Positions 39,310-51,421 of a stretch of 64,000 bases of DNA are shown here, in pieces. The notes under the pieces are model-generated. The model saw only the letters and a program-made list of their open reading frames with translations. It was not told where the DNA came from and searched no databases. Numbering within the stretch: the stretch's first letter is position 1; every line of letters starts with the position of its first letter. This stretch comes from Mobula hypostoma (lineage: Eukaryota), in NCBI RefSeq assembly GCF_963921235.1, contig NC_086101.1, positions 8,248,001 to 8,312,000 of the forward strand, written 5' to 3'. A program made the translations under genes and the position numbers.

Positions 39310-39945
39310 CCTTCATTGATTGAGGTCAACTATGGACATTACATCCTAGGTGCCTACGTGATAAACAAGTCAGCGTGCAAGCCAGGGGAGTTAAGATATG
39401 GAGAGCAAATTGTTGCCCATGCAGCAGGCTCCTCCTCTCCATGCAGCTGAGAAATCCAAAGGAACGGCAGAGACCGATACAGTTTGGCACCAGTGGCGTT
39501 GCTGGACTTGCCAGTCAGCGATCAACTCAACATAGGCCTGCCTTAGAGACTCCAGCTCGGGGTTTGCTCAAAATGCCTTCCCCATGAGTGGATAAAGGCA
39601 CAAGGTCAATGTTCAAAGCAAAGTCAATTTATTATCAAAGTACATACTGTATATGTTACCATATACATGCAGAACTCAAGAGTTTGCCTTCTGCTAGATG
39701 AGTTGCCAACCACAGCTGATGAGCCCCATCTGCCCAAAGGAACTGATTTTAAAGCCACCTCTGCCCCTTCCGCTGCCAGTAGGAACAGTACGCTGTGCTT
39801 AATATCTACGCCACATGTGAAGGCCAGGAAGTGGATTTGGTTGTTAGAGGCGATCTGAGATTGGGAGCATTTAATAGGTAGTGGCAGTTTATCCCCCATC
39901 CCTCCCCAGGCCATGACAACCTTAAGGAACCAATTCTTGTATAAC
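39310..39945 (-). mobile_element. RTE-derived non-autonomous element, copy 2 (split by a LINE tail at about 39610-39680)
   Basis: Reverse complement is colinear with 20895-21465. Confidence 0.7.
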
Positions 39946-40313
39946 TGAAGCCTGGGAAGGCAGTCCATCTAAAAGAGGGAAAACTCTGATTTCAAACCTC
40001 CGCTGCCTTGCGGCCATACCCACTCACGGGAAAGGCTTCGGGAGTAAACTCTGAGGACAAATCCAGAGCTGGAGTCCCTAAGGCAGTCCGACATTGCCTT
40101 CAACCTCGTTCTGGCAACTCCGGCGGCAACACTGGTGCCAAGCTGTATCAGAACCTTGCCCTTCCCTTGGACATCGGTGTCGTGGAGAGGGGAGACTTGC
40201 AGCATGGGCAACTGCCGGTCTTCCATACAACCTTGCCCAGGCCTGCGCCCTGGAGAGTGAAGACTTTCTAGGCGCAGATCCATGGTCTCGCAAGACTAAC
40301 GGATGCCACCACC
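39945..40313 (+). mobile_element. RTE-derived non-autonomous element, related subfamily, 5'-truncated
   Basis: Shares caaac.tccgctgccttgcggc.atacccac with 21160-21200; RTE-like 3' end gatccatggtctcgcaagactaacggatgcc followed by (CAC)n. Confidence 0.7.
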
Positions 40314-41369
40314 ATGTATTAGTAATAATAGTGACATGTGACATGGGGTAGTGATTCTGAATTCAGATTCTATTTATGTTAATTTATATTTTTCTTCTGA
40401 ATACGTTGTCACTAATGCTCAGTGCCTGGAATACTTCTGCAAATAATTGTTCTAATTGCCATGTGTGAAGTGTGGATACAGCCCTGTCTATCACGGACAA
40501 AGCCCTCGCTATCATTCAGCATAAAGCTGTGTCCGTCACCAAGGACCCTCCCCTCACCACCACCACCCTCTAGGCCATGATCTCACTGCTACCATCGGGA
40601 AGGAGGTACAGGAGCCCCACACCACCAGGTTCAGGAACAGTTATCAACCTTCAAACAGTAGGCTCCTGAACCAGCGTGAAACACCTCACTCATCACACCG
40701 AATTGATTCAACAACCTACACACTCACTTTCAAGGTCTCTGCCACTAGTGTTCCCAGCTTTTGTTTATCTGCACAATCTGCTTTCTTTTGCACGTTACAC
40801 ACAAGAGAAAACCTGCAGATGCTGGAAATGCAAGCAACACACGCAAAATGCTGGAGGAACTCAGCAGGCCGGGCAGCATCTACGGACAAAAGACTTCTCG
40901 GCGCAAAACGTCGACTACTTTTTTAGATTGAGATAGATAGATATACTTTATTAATCCCGAGGGAAATTTGGTAATTCCATTGATGCTGCCTGGCCTGCTG
41001 AGTTCCTTCAGCATTTTGCGTGTGTTGCTTTTGCACATTGATTGTCATAAATTCTATTACATTGTTTTACGGTTCTTTCTCTACTTTCTTGTGAATTCTG
41101 CTTATTTGATTGGATATGCCTGTGGAGCTGCTGCAAGTAAGTTTTTACTTGCGTCTGTACTTGTGCGTGACAATACATTTGCTCGATGGTGAAGTAACGG
41201 TAATATCTTTCCAAGTTGGGGGTGACCGACAACGTCAAGGGGGCACCACTGTGGTGCTCTCCTGTGTCCGCTGCCCTCATTCCCCTTGGTGATACAGGTC
41301 GCCACTTATAAAGTGAACACAATGTACTCAACAATAATACATTCAAATTTGACTCAGGAATTTTCAGGG

Positions 41370-41950
41370 CTTAGCGAGCGGCGAGCGGAGGGTTAAGAGG
41401 CAGGCGGGAGTTAAATGGGAGGGTGGGTGTGAGGGCGAGCAGGAGTGTACTCACTGGCCACACGAGTGCTGAGACGGTGAGAGACGCCATCCGTCTTGGC
41501 CCCGGCGCCCTCTCCGATCCGGGGCGGCTACGGGTCAACTGGGCACAGGGGAACGAGAGGCAGAGCCCCGGCGGAGGCCGGTATTGGCCACACTGGCGTC
41601 TGCAGCTCAGCTGCAACTCCCTCCGGCTGCAGATCCCTTCCTGACGGCTGGCTGGCGATCAGGGGAGCCCCTGACTGCGGTGTGTCTCCAACACCGACTG
41701 TGAGCGGACTGCGGCTGCTTTAATGGCCCGCGCGGGGCTGGTCGGGGCTCAAAGAATACCAGCACCCCCACCCCAGTTCTCCGGGAAACTGAGCAACTCC
41801 GCAGAACCCGAACTGTACTCAGCAGTGTATACACCGCTCCCCCCCCCGCCCCTTATTCAGTGACCCACCCCCACCTCATCAGTGTGAGAGGGGGGAGCAA
41901 GCTGGCCTCCCGATGCACCGTGCCTTGGCATCAGTGCGCCAACCATTAGA
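41370..41950. promoter_or_regulatory. CpG island / probable promoter
   Basis: Only long non-repeat GC- and CpG-rich segment in the window; GC box (ccccgcccc) at about 41844-41852; adjacent strong splice donor. Confidence 0.7.
41455..41490 (-). CDS. Candidate first coding exon (or uORF start) of an unidentified gene: MASLTVSALVWP, phase-0 donor
   Basis: First ATG on the minus strand downstream of the GC box (gacggATGGCG), followed by CCA|GTGAGT consensus donor at 41454-41449. Confidence 0.45.
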
Positions 41951-42184
41951 AGGCAGATTACTACCGAACCTAGCTCCTCCTCCCCTAGCCCCCTGCAGTG
42001 GGTTCGATGCAGCATTCACCTCCCTTCCCGCCCTCAATCACATTCCAGCTTGTACTCCTCACCCTCCCCATATCTTGTTCTGGCTTCTTCCCCTTCCCTT
42101 CCAGTCCCGATAATGGGTCTCAGCCCAAAGCCTGGACTGTTTATTCCTCCGACTTGAGTTCCTTCAGCATTTTGCGTGTGATGC

Positions 42185-42620
42185 AGAACATACATTGTGT
42201 TCACTTTATAAGTGGCGACTTGTACCTAATAAAGTGGCCATCGAGTGCCTGTTTGTGGCTTTCTGCTGCTAGAGCCCATTCACTTCAAGGTTTGGTGTAT
42301 TGTACATTCAGAGATGCTCTTCTGCACACATTGTGGTAATGTGTGGTTATTTGAGTTACTGTCGCCTTCCTTGCAGCTTGAACCAGTCTGGCCATTCTCC
42401 TCTGAACTCTCTCATTAAGAAGACATAATCGCCCTTAGAACTGTTGCTCTGGATTTTTTTAGCACCATCCTCTGGAACCACTCCAGGCTGTTCTGCATGA
42501 AAATCTCAGGTTCAGCAGTTTCTGAGATACTCAAACCACTCCATCTGGCACCAATAAGCACTCTACGGTCAAAGTCACTTAGATGACATTTCCTCACAAA
42601 TCTGATGTTTGCTCTGGACA
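42185..42620 (-). mobile_element. Tc1-type remnant, copy 3
   Basis: LSDFDRRVLIGARWSGLSISETA on minus strand; gtacctaataaagtggcca TIR piece at about 42222-42240. Confidence 0.8.
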
Positions 42621-42944
42621 ACAATTGTGTCCCCAACTCTCCGCAGTTTCTTGCAGTCACATGCAAAGCAGTTGTCATACCAAGATGTTCTGCATCCAGA
42701 CAAATTGTTTCCTGTGGTGCATTGATAAAAATCGATGAGGGTCATCAGGGGCAAGCTGAATTTCCTTTGCCCCCAAAGTAAGTAAAGGTACTGCCAAGCT
42801 GGTTTGACCATGCCATCTACATTGTTGGACCATGACGGCCCATAACTCATGTCCACTCCTAGGAACATGAAGCTCTCAACCCTCTCGACCTCATGTAAAC
42901 AGGAGCATACTCATCATTCCCTTCCTGAAGTCAATGATCAGCTC

Positions 42945-43760
42945 TTACCACAAGGCTCTGTGCTTAATCCCCTGCTCTACTTGCTTTACGTCTATGACTG
43001 TGTGACTAAACACAGCTCCAAGGCCATATTGCAGTTTGCAGATGACCCTGCTGCCGTGGGCTGAATCGAAGCTGGTGAATAACCAGCCTATAGGAGGTTG
43101 ACTGAAAATCTGTCTGAGTGGTGCCACAACGACAATCTCTCTCTCAACATCAGCAAAACCAAAGAGCTGATCATTGAATGCAAGATGTGAAAACCAGAGT
43201 TCCACGAGCCAGTCCTCATCAGGGAGTTAGGAGTGGAAGGGTCAGCAACTTTTAAATTCCTCAGTGTTATAATTTGAGAGGATCTGTCCTGGGCCCAGTA
43301 CGTGACTGCCAATACAAAGAATGTACAGCAGTGTCCATATTTTCTCAGAAGTTTGTGAAGATTTGGCATGTCATATAAAACCTTGATAAACTTCTACAGA
43401 TACATGTTTGTACTATGCTGACAGGTTGCATCATGGCCTGATTTGAAAACACCAATTCCCTTGAAAGGAAGATCTTACAAAAATAAGAGGGTACAGGCCA
43501 GTCCATCACAGGCATAGCCCTCCACACCATTGAGCACTTCTACAATTTGCACTGTCACAGGAGAGCAGCATCTATCCATCAGGGAACCCCACCATCCAGG
43601 CCAAGCTTTCTCACTGCTGCCATCAGGAAGAAGGTACAGGAGCCCCAGATCCCACACCACCAATTTCAGGAACAGTTATTACCGCTCAACCATAAGGCTA
43701 TTGAACAAGAGGAGATAAATTCACTCACCCCAACGCTGAACTGATTCCACAAGCTATGGA
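42945..43760 (+). mobile_element. Old Rex1/L2-type LINE RT fragment (similar remnants at 48465-48790, 49440-49865 minus, 50830-51421)
   Basis: PQGSVLNPLLYLLYVYDC, QFADD, LLPSGRRYRS. Confidence 0.8.
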
Positions 43761-45139
43761 CTCACCTTCAAGGACTCCACAACTCATGTTCATGATATTT
43801 TTTTTTCTTTCTTGTATTTGCACAGTTTGTTGTCTTTTGCACATTGTTGTTTTTGTTATGTGCAGTTTTTTTGTTGATTCTCCTCCACTACCCCCCCCCC
43901 CCAACTTCACCATTTCCCATCCCCTTGTCCCTCTCTCATGTTATGTCCTTGCCCGCCCATCTGGTGCTCCTCCCCCTCCCCTTTCTTCTTCTTTATTCCA
44001 TGGCCTTCTGTCTCTTTCACCAATCAACTTCCCAGCTCTTTACTTCATCCCTCCCCCTCCAGGTTTCACCTATCACCCAGTGCTTCTCTCCCCTCCCCCC
44101 ATCTTTTAAATCTATTCAGCTTTTTTCCCTCCAGTCCTACTGAAGGATTTCAGCCTGAAACGTCGGCTGTACTTTTTTCTATCGATGCTGCTTGGCCTGC
44201 TGAGTTCCTCCAGCTTTTTGTGTGTGTTGCTCGGATTTCCAGCATCTGCAGATTTTCTCTTCTTTGTGTTTTGTTGAGTTTCTTTGTAATTACCGTGAAT
44301 GCCCACAGGAAAATAAATTTCAGGGTAGTATATGGTGACATATATGTACTTTGATAATAAATTTACTTTGTTTATGGAATGATCTGTCTGGTTGGCACAC
44401 TAAAGAAAAGCCTTTCACTATATCTCAGTACTAGTAATAATAAAACCAAACCAATAAAGGTTTCACCCTCTTTCTCATCAATAATGTCCACCTCTGACTT
44501 AAAACTCTGCCAAAGGGAGTTCCCAAAGGATCACCAACAACCAAGAGAAAATATGTCTGATTACTGTGGCAGGCTGGCACAGCGGGTAGAGATGTGGCTT
44601 CATAGCGCTGGAGACCTGGCTTTGATCCTGACCTCTGGTGCTGTCCATGTGGAGTCTGCAGGTTCTCCCCATAACTGTAAGGATTTCCCCACTGCTTATA
44701 AAGGGGAGCTCCTTTAATACTGACCTGTCACACGTTCCAGTCACAGGATTAGATTTAGAGGAAAGTGACTTGGGTTCTATTCCCGCTGCAATCTGCAAGG
44801 GGTTTGTACGTTCTCTTTGTGATCGCGTGGGTTTCTTCCGAAAGCACCAATTTCCTCCCACATTCCAAAGATGTGCAGTTTAGTAGAATCACAAACAAGA
44901 GAAAATCTGCAGATGCTGAAAATCCAAGTCAACACATACACAATGCTGCAGGAACTCAGCAGGCCAGGCAGCATCCACGGAAATGAATAAACAATTGATG
45001 TTTCAGGCCGAGACCCTTCATCAGAATTTCCAGCATTTTGTGTGTTATACGGGTTAGCAAATTAATTAGTCAGAATGGTATAATTGGGCAGTATGGGCAC
45101 ATTGCGCTGGAAGGCCTGTACTGTATCTCTAACTAAAAA

Positions 45140-45570
45140 TGAGTGTGGGGAAGAGCCCTCTATACCGTCCCATCGCACTATACCAGAGCGTGGGGTAAGA
45201 TACTGAGTTAAGCTCCCTCTACCCTGTCCCATCACACACTCAGAGAACGAGGTCAAATTTTGAGGAAATCTCCCTCGACACTGTCCCACCTCACACCGCT
45301 GGAGCAGGGGTTTGATATTGAGAGATATCCCTCTACGGTCTCCCATCTCATGGTCTCAGAGAATGGGATTAAATATTGAGGAAGGATCCCTGTACACAGT
45401 GCCATCAAAACGTCTCAGTGCATTGTTTTCGATATTGAAGAAAGCTCCCTCCACACAGGCTTGTCATACAATCCCAGAGCATGGGGACAAAACTGAGGAA
45501 GCTTCCTTCTACACTGTCACAACTCTCCCTCTTCAATGTCTCATTACCCATGACACAGGGTTTGAAACGC
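45140..45570. repeat. Degenerate ~58-bp tandem repeat, about 7 units
   Basis: Core (a)agctccctctacactgtcccatc recurs near 45156, 45215, 45272, 45329, 45388, 45447, 45505. Confidence 0.75.
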
Positions 45571-46449
45571 CTCTAATCTGATCCTGCCGTCCTTTAGGCC
45601 TTGATTCCCCCCTTCGATTCATCCAGAACTCCTGTTACCTGGTCATTTTGCTCCCATCCCATTGGCCTCTGGCTGTTCCAGTTGGATTGGGAATTGCATA
45701 CTGCAGATCCCAGTGCATAAACAATAGACTCAATGGATCTCTTGTGAGTCGCTGTTATTAAATATTTGGCTTGCAATGCTGTGGTATATGTCTGTACGTC
45801 AGCTGTGGTTTACAGGGTAAAATATACACAGGGCTCCTGCCAAAACTCTGTTTCCATGGAGGCCTGGCAGGTCTCCAGCACTCACGTCTGCCTTCACCCA
45901 TCACTCCCGAAAGCAGGCAGGCCATTCAGCCTCTTTAGGCCTGCTGTACCATGGCTCACCCCCGTTGATCTATTGCATTTTTTCACAGATGCACCATAGA
46001 AAGCATCCCACCCAGATGCATCATGGCTTGGTATGACAACCAACATTTGACCTCTAGATACTGCAGTGAGTTGTGGACACAGCTCAGCACATCACAAAAG
46101 CAACCCCCCACCCCCTCCAACGGGCTCTGTCTATATTTCTGGCTGCCACCGTAAAGCAGCCAACATATCAAAGTCCCCATCCCCCAGGCAGAAGGACGTA
46201 CCACCAGGATCGAAGGCAGTTTTTATCCTCCTACAAGTTTCTTGAACAGACATCTTTTACAATAAAAGTGAATTATTATCCTTTCAATCTACCTCGCTAT
46301 GGCCGTGCACCATATTGTCAGCCTGCAGTGCACTCTCTATGTAACTGCAACAATTTATTCTGCGTTCTGGTATTGCTTTTCAGTTTGTACTACCTCAATG
46401 AACTGATGCGATGAAGTGATCTGTGTTGGATGGCATGCACGAGAAGTTT

Positions 46450-46925
46450 TTCACACACAAAGTGCCGGAGGAACTCAGCAGATCGAGTAGCATCCATGAA
46501 TGGGAATAAACAGTTGAGATTTCCGGCCAAAATGCTTTGTCGGGACTGGAAAAGAAGGGGGCAGGAAGCAGGATAAGAGGGTTGGTGTAGGGCAGGGGTA
46601 CAAAATGGCTGATGATAGCCGAAACCAGGTGAGGGGGAAAGTAGAAGAGGAAAGAGGAATCTGATAGAACGAGAGTGGACAATGCAAGAAAGGGAAGGAG
46701 GAGGGGCACCAGAGGGAGGTGGCGAGCAGGTGAGGGAAAAGGGGTAAGAGGGGGTCAGAATGAAGAATGGAGAAAAGAGAAGGTTGTGAAGGGGGGAGAG
46801 ATCTCTGGAAGTTAGAGAAATAAACATTCCTGCAATCAGGTTGGAGGCTACCCACAAGGAATAGGAGGCGTTGCTCCTCTGACCTGTGTGTGGCTTCCAG
46901 CATCTGCAGAATCACTTGTGTTTAG
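46450..46925 (-). mobile_element. Penelope-like 3' fragment
   Basis: EEQRLLFLVGSLQPDCRNVYFSNF GIY-YIG tail, pyrimidine-rich pLTR and decayed hammerhead. Confidence 0.75.
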
Positions 46926-48139
46926 TCTTTTACTGTAATTTGGACATGTTACAATTATAAACCAATTCCAATCACCCTCCATCAGCTGTCTTCAACTTTA
47001 CCCTCTTTTCCTGCTCCATTTCTCCCTCTCCCTCTTTGTCTGCCTTCCTCCGTCTACCACCCAATGATCCCCTTTAAATCTTTCCCCTCGCACCTTCAGC
47101 CTATGCTGTCTAGTTTTTAATTACTGGTCCTTGTGAAAGGCCTGAAGTCGTGGTTTTACACAATCAGTCCCCAGTCTCCTACATTCCACTCATGAAACCT
47201 TATCCTGCCCAACCTGTCTTTCCAACTCAGTCCTGGCAATATTCCAATAAACCATCGGTGCACTCTTTCCAGCTGAATGATATCTTTCTTATTTTCACAG
47301 AACTATGAGTGTACACAATACTCTAAATGCAGCCTCACTAATGTCTTTTATAACTGCACATAATGTCTTATACATTTCCTACTCAAGGCGGTGACAGCTT
47401 GCCAAATGCCTCTTTCATCACCCTTTCTATTGTGTTACCAATTTCACGGAACTGTCTATTTGCACTCTGATGTCTGTTCTATCGCACTCTCCAGGGCTGT
47501 GCGGTTTACTGTGTAAGTCCTATTCTGGTTTAACTTCCCAAAGAATAACTTTATTTGTCACATGTACATCAAAATATTGAATAATACAGTGAAATACATC
47601 AGCAACAACCAACACAGTCCGAGGATGTGCTGGGGGGCAGCCTGCAAATGTCGCCATGCTCCAACATATCATGCCCAGAGCTTACTAGTGCAGTCCTGGA
47701 ATGTGAGAGGAAGCTGGACCACCCAAACCAAAGTGAGTTATGGAGAGAGCATGCAAAGTCCTTACAGAGAGCAGCAGAACTGAATCTTCATTGCTGGCTC
47801 AGTGACAGCGTTCTGCTGACTACTATTTTACTGTGCCGTGAAGTGCAATGCCTCGCTCTATCTGGATTAAACACCATTTGCCATTCCTCAGCCCACTTAC
47901 CCAGCTGATTAAGGTCCCGCCGTAAATCTTGATAACCATCTTCCCGGTCAACAACACAACCGATTTTCCTTTCAGCTGCAAACGTACTAACCCTTGTACA
48001 TTCTCATCTAAATCACTAATATTAGCAGAGTTGTTTCCAGTAGAAGGGCAATGAGGGATGAGCAATAGATGCTGGTATTACCCCAAATATAGTAAACAGA
48101 TAGAAACTCTGCATTTTGGATGGTTAACATTTGTAGGTC

Positions 48140-48455
48140 CCACTGAGGCAAGGGGAGAAAAAAACCAGAGGACAAGGGTTAAGGGTGAAGGGGGAAAAGT
48201 TTACAGGGAACATTAGGGGGGGCTTCTTCACACAGAGAGTGGTGGGAGTATGGAATGAGCTGCCAGACGAGGTGGTAAATGCAGGTTCTTTTTTAACATT
48301 TAAGAATAAATTGGACAGATACATGGATGGCAGGTGTATGGAGGGATATGGTCCGTGTGCAGATCAGTGAGACTAGGCAGAAAATGGTTCGGCACAGCCA
48401 AGAAGGGCCAAAAGGCCTGTTTCTGTGCTGCAGTTTTTCCATGGTTTCTATGGTT
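48140..48455 (+). mobile_element. CR1 LINE 3' end
   Basis: FFTQRVVGVWNELPDEVV..FKNKLDRYM; (TTTCTATGG)n tail. Confidence 0.9.
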
Positions 48456-51421
48456 TCCTCACGATGCCCATTGACTTCTCTTATCAGCCACAACTGTGTA
48501 GCTAGAAACAGCTCAAATGCCATCTATAAATTTCCTGATGAGAAAACCACTGTTGGGAAAATTTTAGATGGTGACAAGCAGAACTACAGACGTGAGAGAT
48601 GGTAGAGTGGTGTTGAAACAACAACCTCACACTCAATGTCAGTAAGATCAAAGAATTACTTATGGGCTACAGGGAAGGGTAAGTCATGGAAACACACACC
48701 AATCCTCATCAAGAAATCAGCAATGGAAAGGGTATGCAGCTTCAAATTCCTGGGTGTCAACAATTCTGAAGATCTATCCTATGCCAAAAAAGTAACTTTT
48801 GATAATGTTCCTCACTGTCTATACCACCACCAATTTTAGTGTCATCTGCAGATGTTCATGGAGCTGTACATAAAAACGTGCCTTGTACATTCTCATTCGA
48901 ATCATTTATATAAATGATGAACAAGTTCCCAGAGCTGGCCCTCGTAGCACACCGCTATTTATAGCTCTCCTTTCAGAATCAGAATCAGATATTATCAGTG
49001 GCGCAAGTCGTAAACTTTGTTAACATAGCAGTAGCAGTTCAATGCAGTATATGATAATATAGAAAGAAAAAAGGTAAATCAATATATACACATTTTAATA
49101 TAGTGCAAAACAGAAATAATATAAAATAAAAAGTGAGGTAGTGTTCATGGGTTCAATGTCTATTTAGGAACCAGATGGCAGAGGGGAAGAAGCTGTCCCT
49201 GAATTGCTTCTGTATCTCCCTCCTGATGGTAACAATGAGAAGAGGGCACGTCCTGGGTGATGGGGGTCCTTAACAATGGACTTTGCCATTCAGAAGCACT
49301 GCTCCTTGGGTACTAGAGAGACTAGTACCCAAGATGCCTCTGACTAATTTTGCAACTTCCTGTAGCTTCTTTTGGTCCTGTGCAGTAGCAACACCACCCC
49401 CCCCCCCCCCGCCATCTGCCGGTAAATCTACAGAAGTTTCTGAGTGTCTTAGGTGACAAGCCTAATGACATATAGCTGCTGTCTTACCTTCTTTATAGCT
49501 GCATCAATATGTTGGGACTGGGTTAGATCCTCAGAGATCAGGACACCAAGGAAATTGAAATTGTTCAGACTCTCCACTTCTGATCCCTCTATGAGGATTG
49601 GTTCATGTTCCCTCATCTTACTCTTCCTGACGTCCACAGTCAGCTCTTTCATCTTACTGATGTTGAGTGCAAGGTTGTTACTGAACGTACTCAGTTAGCT
49701 GCTATATCTCACTCTTGGATGCCCTATCATCTCCATCTGAGATTCCACCAACAATGGTTGTGTCATCAGCAAATTTAGAGATGGCATTTGAGTTATAGCT
49801 AGCTACACAGCCATGGGTATAGAGGGAGTACAGCAGTGGGCTAAGCCAGTGCACCAGTGTTGATCATCACTGGAGGAGATATTAATCAGAGTTTTGCAAG
49901 GAGGGCGTAAATATAACTGTAAGTTACAAAACTATATCAACCGCATAATAGATGAATGTCCAAGAAACAGATGTCCACCATCAAGTCAATTATTTATCCA
50001 ATTCACTTGTTCACACTTGTTCCCATGTGTCTAATTTTCCAGAATAACCTTCTAAGTGGGACCTTGGCAAGGGCTTGCTCAAGTCCATCTAAACAAGACA
50101 TGCCAGCCTGAACTCATCAGTCTTCTTGGTTACCTCTTCAACAAACTCCAACAGATTTATAAACACAAGAGACTCTGCAGGTGATTGAAATCCAGAGCAA
50201 CAGACACAAAATGCTAGAGGAACTCAGCAGGTCAAGCAGCATCTATGGAAAGGAATAAGCAGATGGCATTTTGGGCCAAGACCCTTCCTGACGCAAGATA
50301 CACAGAACTATGCTAACTGTTCTGAATTGAGGATCCATTGGCTCCACCAAAAACTTCCACCATTCCTGTCCCAAAATACTTGTATCCCCGTTAAATATTT
50401 TGCTCCTTTTTTAAATCCGTGTCCTCTGAACTGTCTGCTAATGAGACACCTTCCTGCCTTCTCAACTGGTCAGGATTCTGTGCCATCATACCTTGGGCAG
50501 GAACGTGGATAGGAAAGGTTTAGAAAGTAGGACCAGCTTGGATTGACATCTTGGTTGACGTGGATCAGTTGGGTCAAATGACCCTTTCCATGGTGCATGA
50601 CTCTGTGATCTTCTTAACTTCTCCAGTCTAACCGGGCAGTTCAGGGACCTGGAACTGTTCTACAGGATGAAGCATTAAATGCCTCCAAACTTCCAGGGAA
50701 GGAAAGCACATCCCTGCCTGACTCAGACTCCTGGCCAGTGGATGTTCAGAATGAAAGTTATGGTACTGTTTCAGTTTGGAGATGGGAGACACACACACAC
50801 ACTCACTCATATTCAAATACACATACTCATGCTCTCTCTATATCCATGAATGTGTGGCTAGGCACAACTCAAATGCCATCTATAAATATGCTGATACGCA
50901 ACTATTGTTGGCAGAATTTCAGATGGCGACAAGGAGGCATACAGGAGCGAGATAGATCAGCTGGTTGCATGGTGTCGCAACAACAACCTTGCACACAATG
51001 TGAGTAAGACAAAGGAATTAATTGTGGATTTCAGGAAGGGAAAATCGAGGGAACGCACACCAGTCCTCATCGAGAGACCTGAAGTGCAAGGGTGAACAGT
51101 TTCAATTTCCTGGGTGGCAACATCTCTGAGGATCAATTCTGGGCCCAACAAATTGAAGCAGGAAATGAGGAATTTGAGAATTGGTAAGTCACCGAAGACA
51201 CTCATAAATTTTGACAGATGTACCGTGGACAGCATTCTAACTAGTTGCGTCACCATCTGATATGGAGAAGCACTGCACAGGATTGGAAAAAGCTGCAGAA
51301 AGCTGTAAACTCAGTCAGCTCCATCAAAGGCTCTTGCCTCCCCAGCATCCAGGACACATTCAGAAGGCAATACCTCAGAAAGGTGGAATCCATCATTAAG
51401 GATCCCCATCTCCCAGGACAT

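Noticed and set aside
41455..41490. SQSTM1/p62 first exon (also begins MASLTV)
   Set aside because: Similarity stops after six residues; no PB1 KAYL..EIRRF sequence follows.
45140..45570. CRISPR-like repeat-spacer array
   Set aside because: Cores are themselves degenerate and the intervening segments are mutually related; consistent with a decayed satellite.
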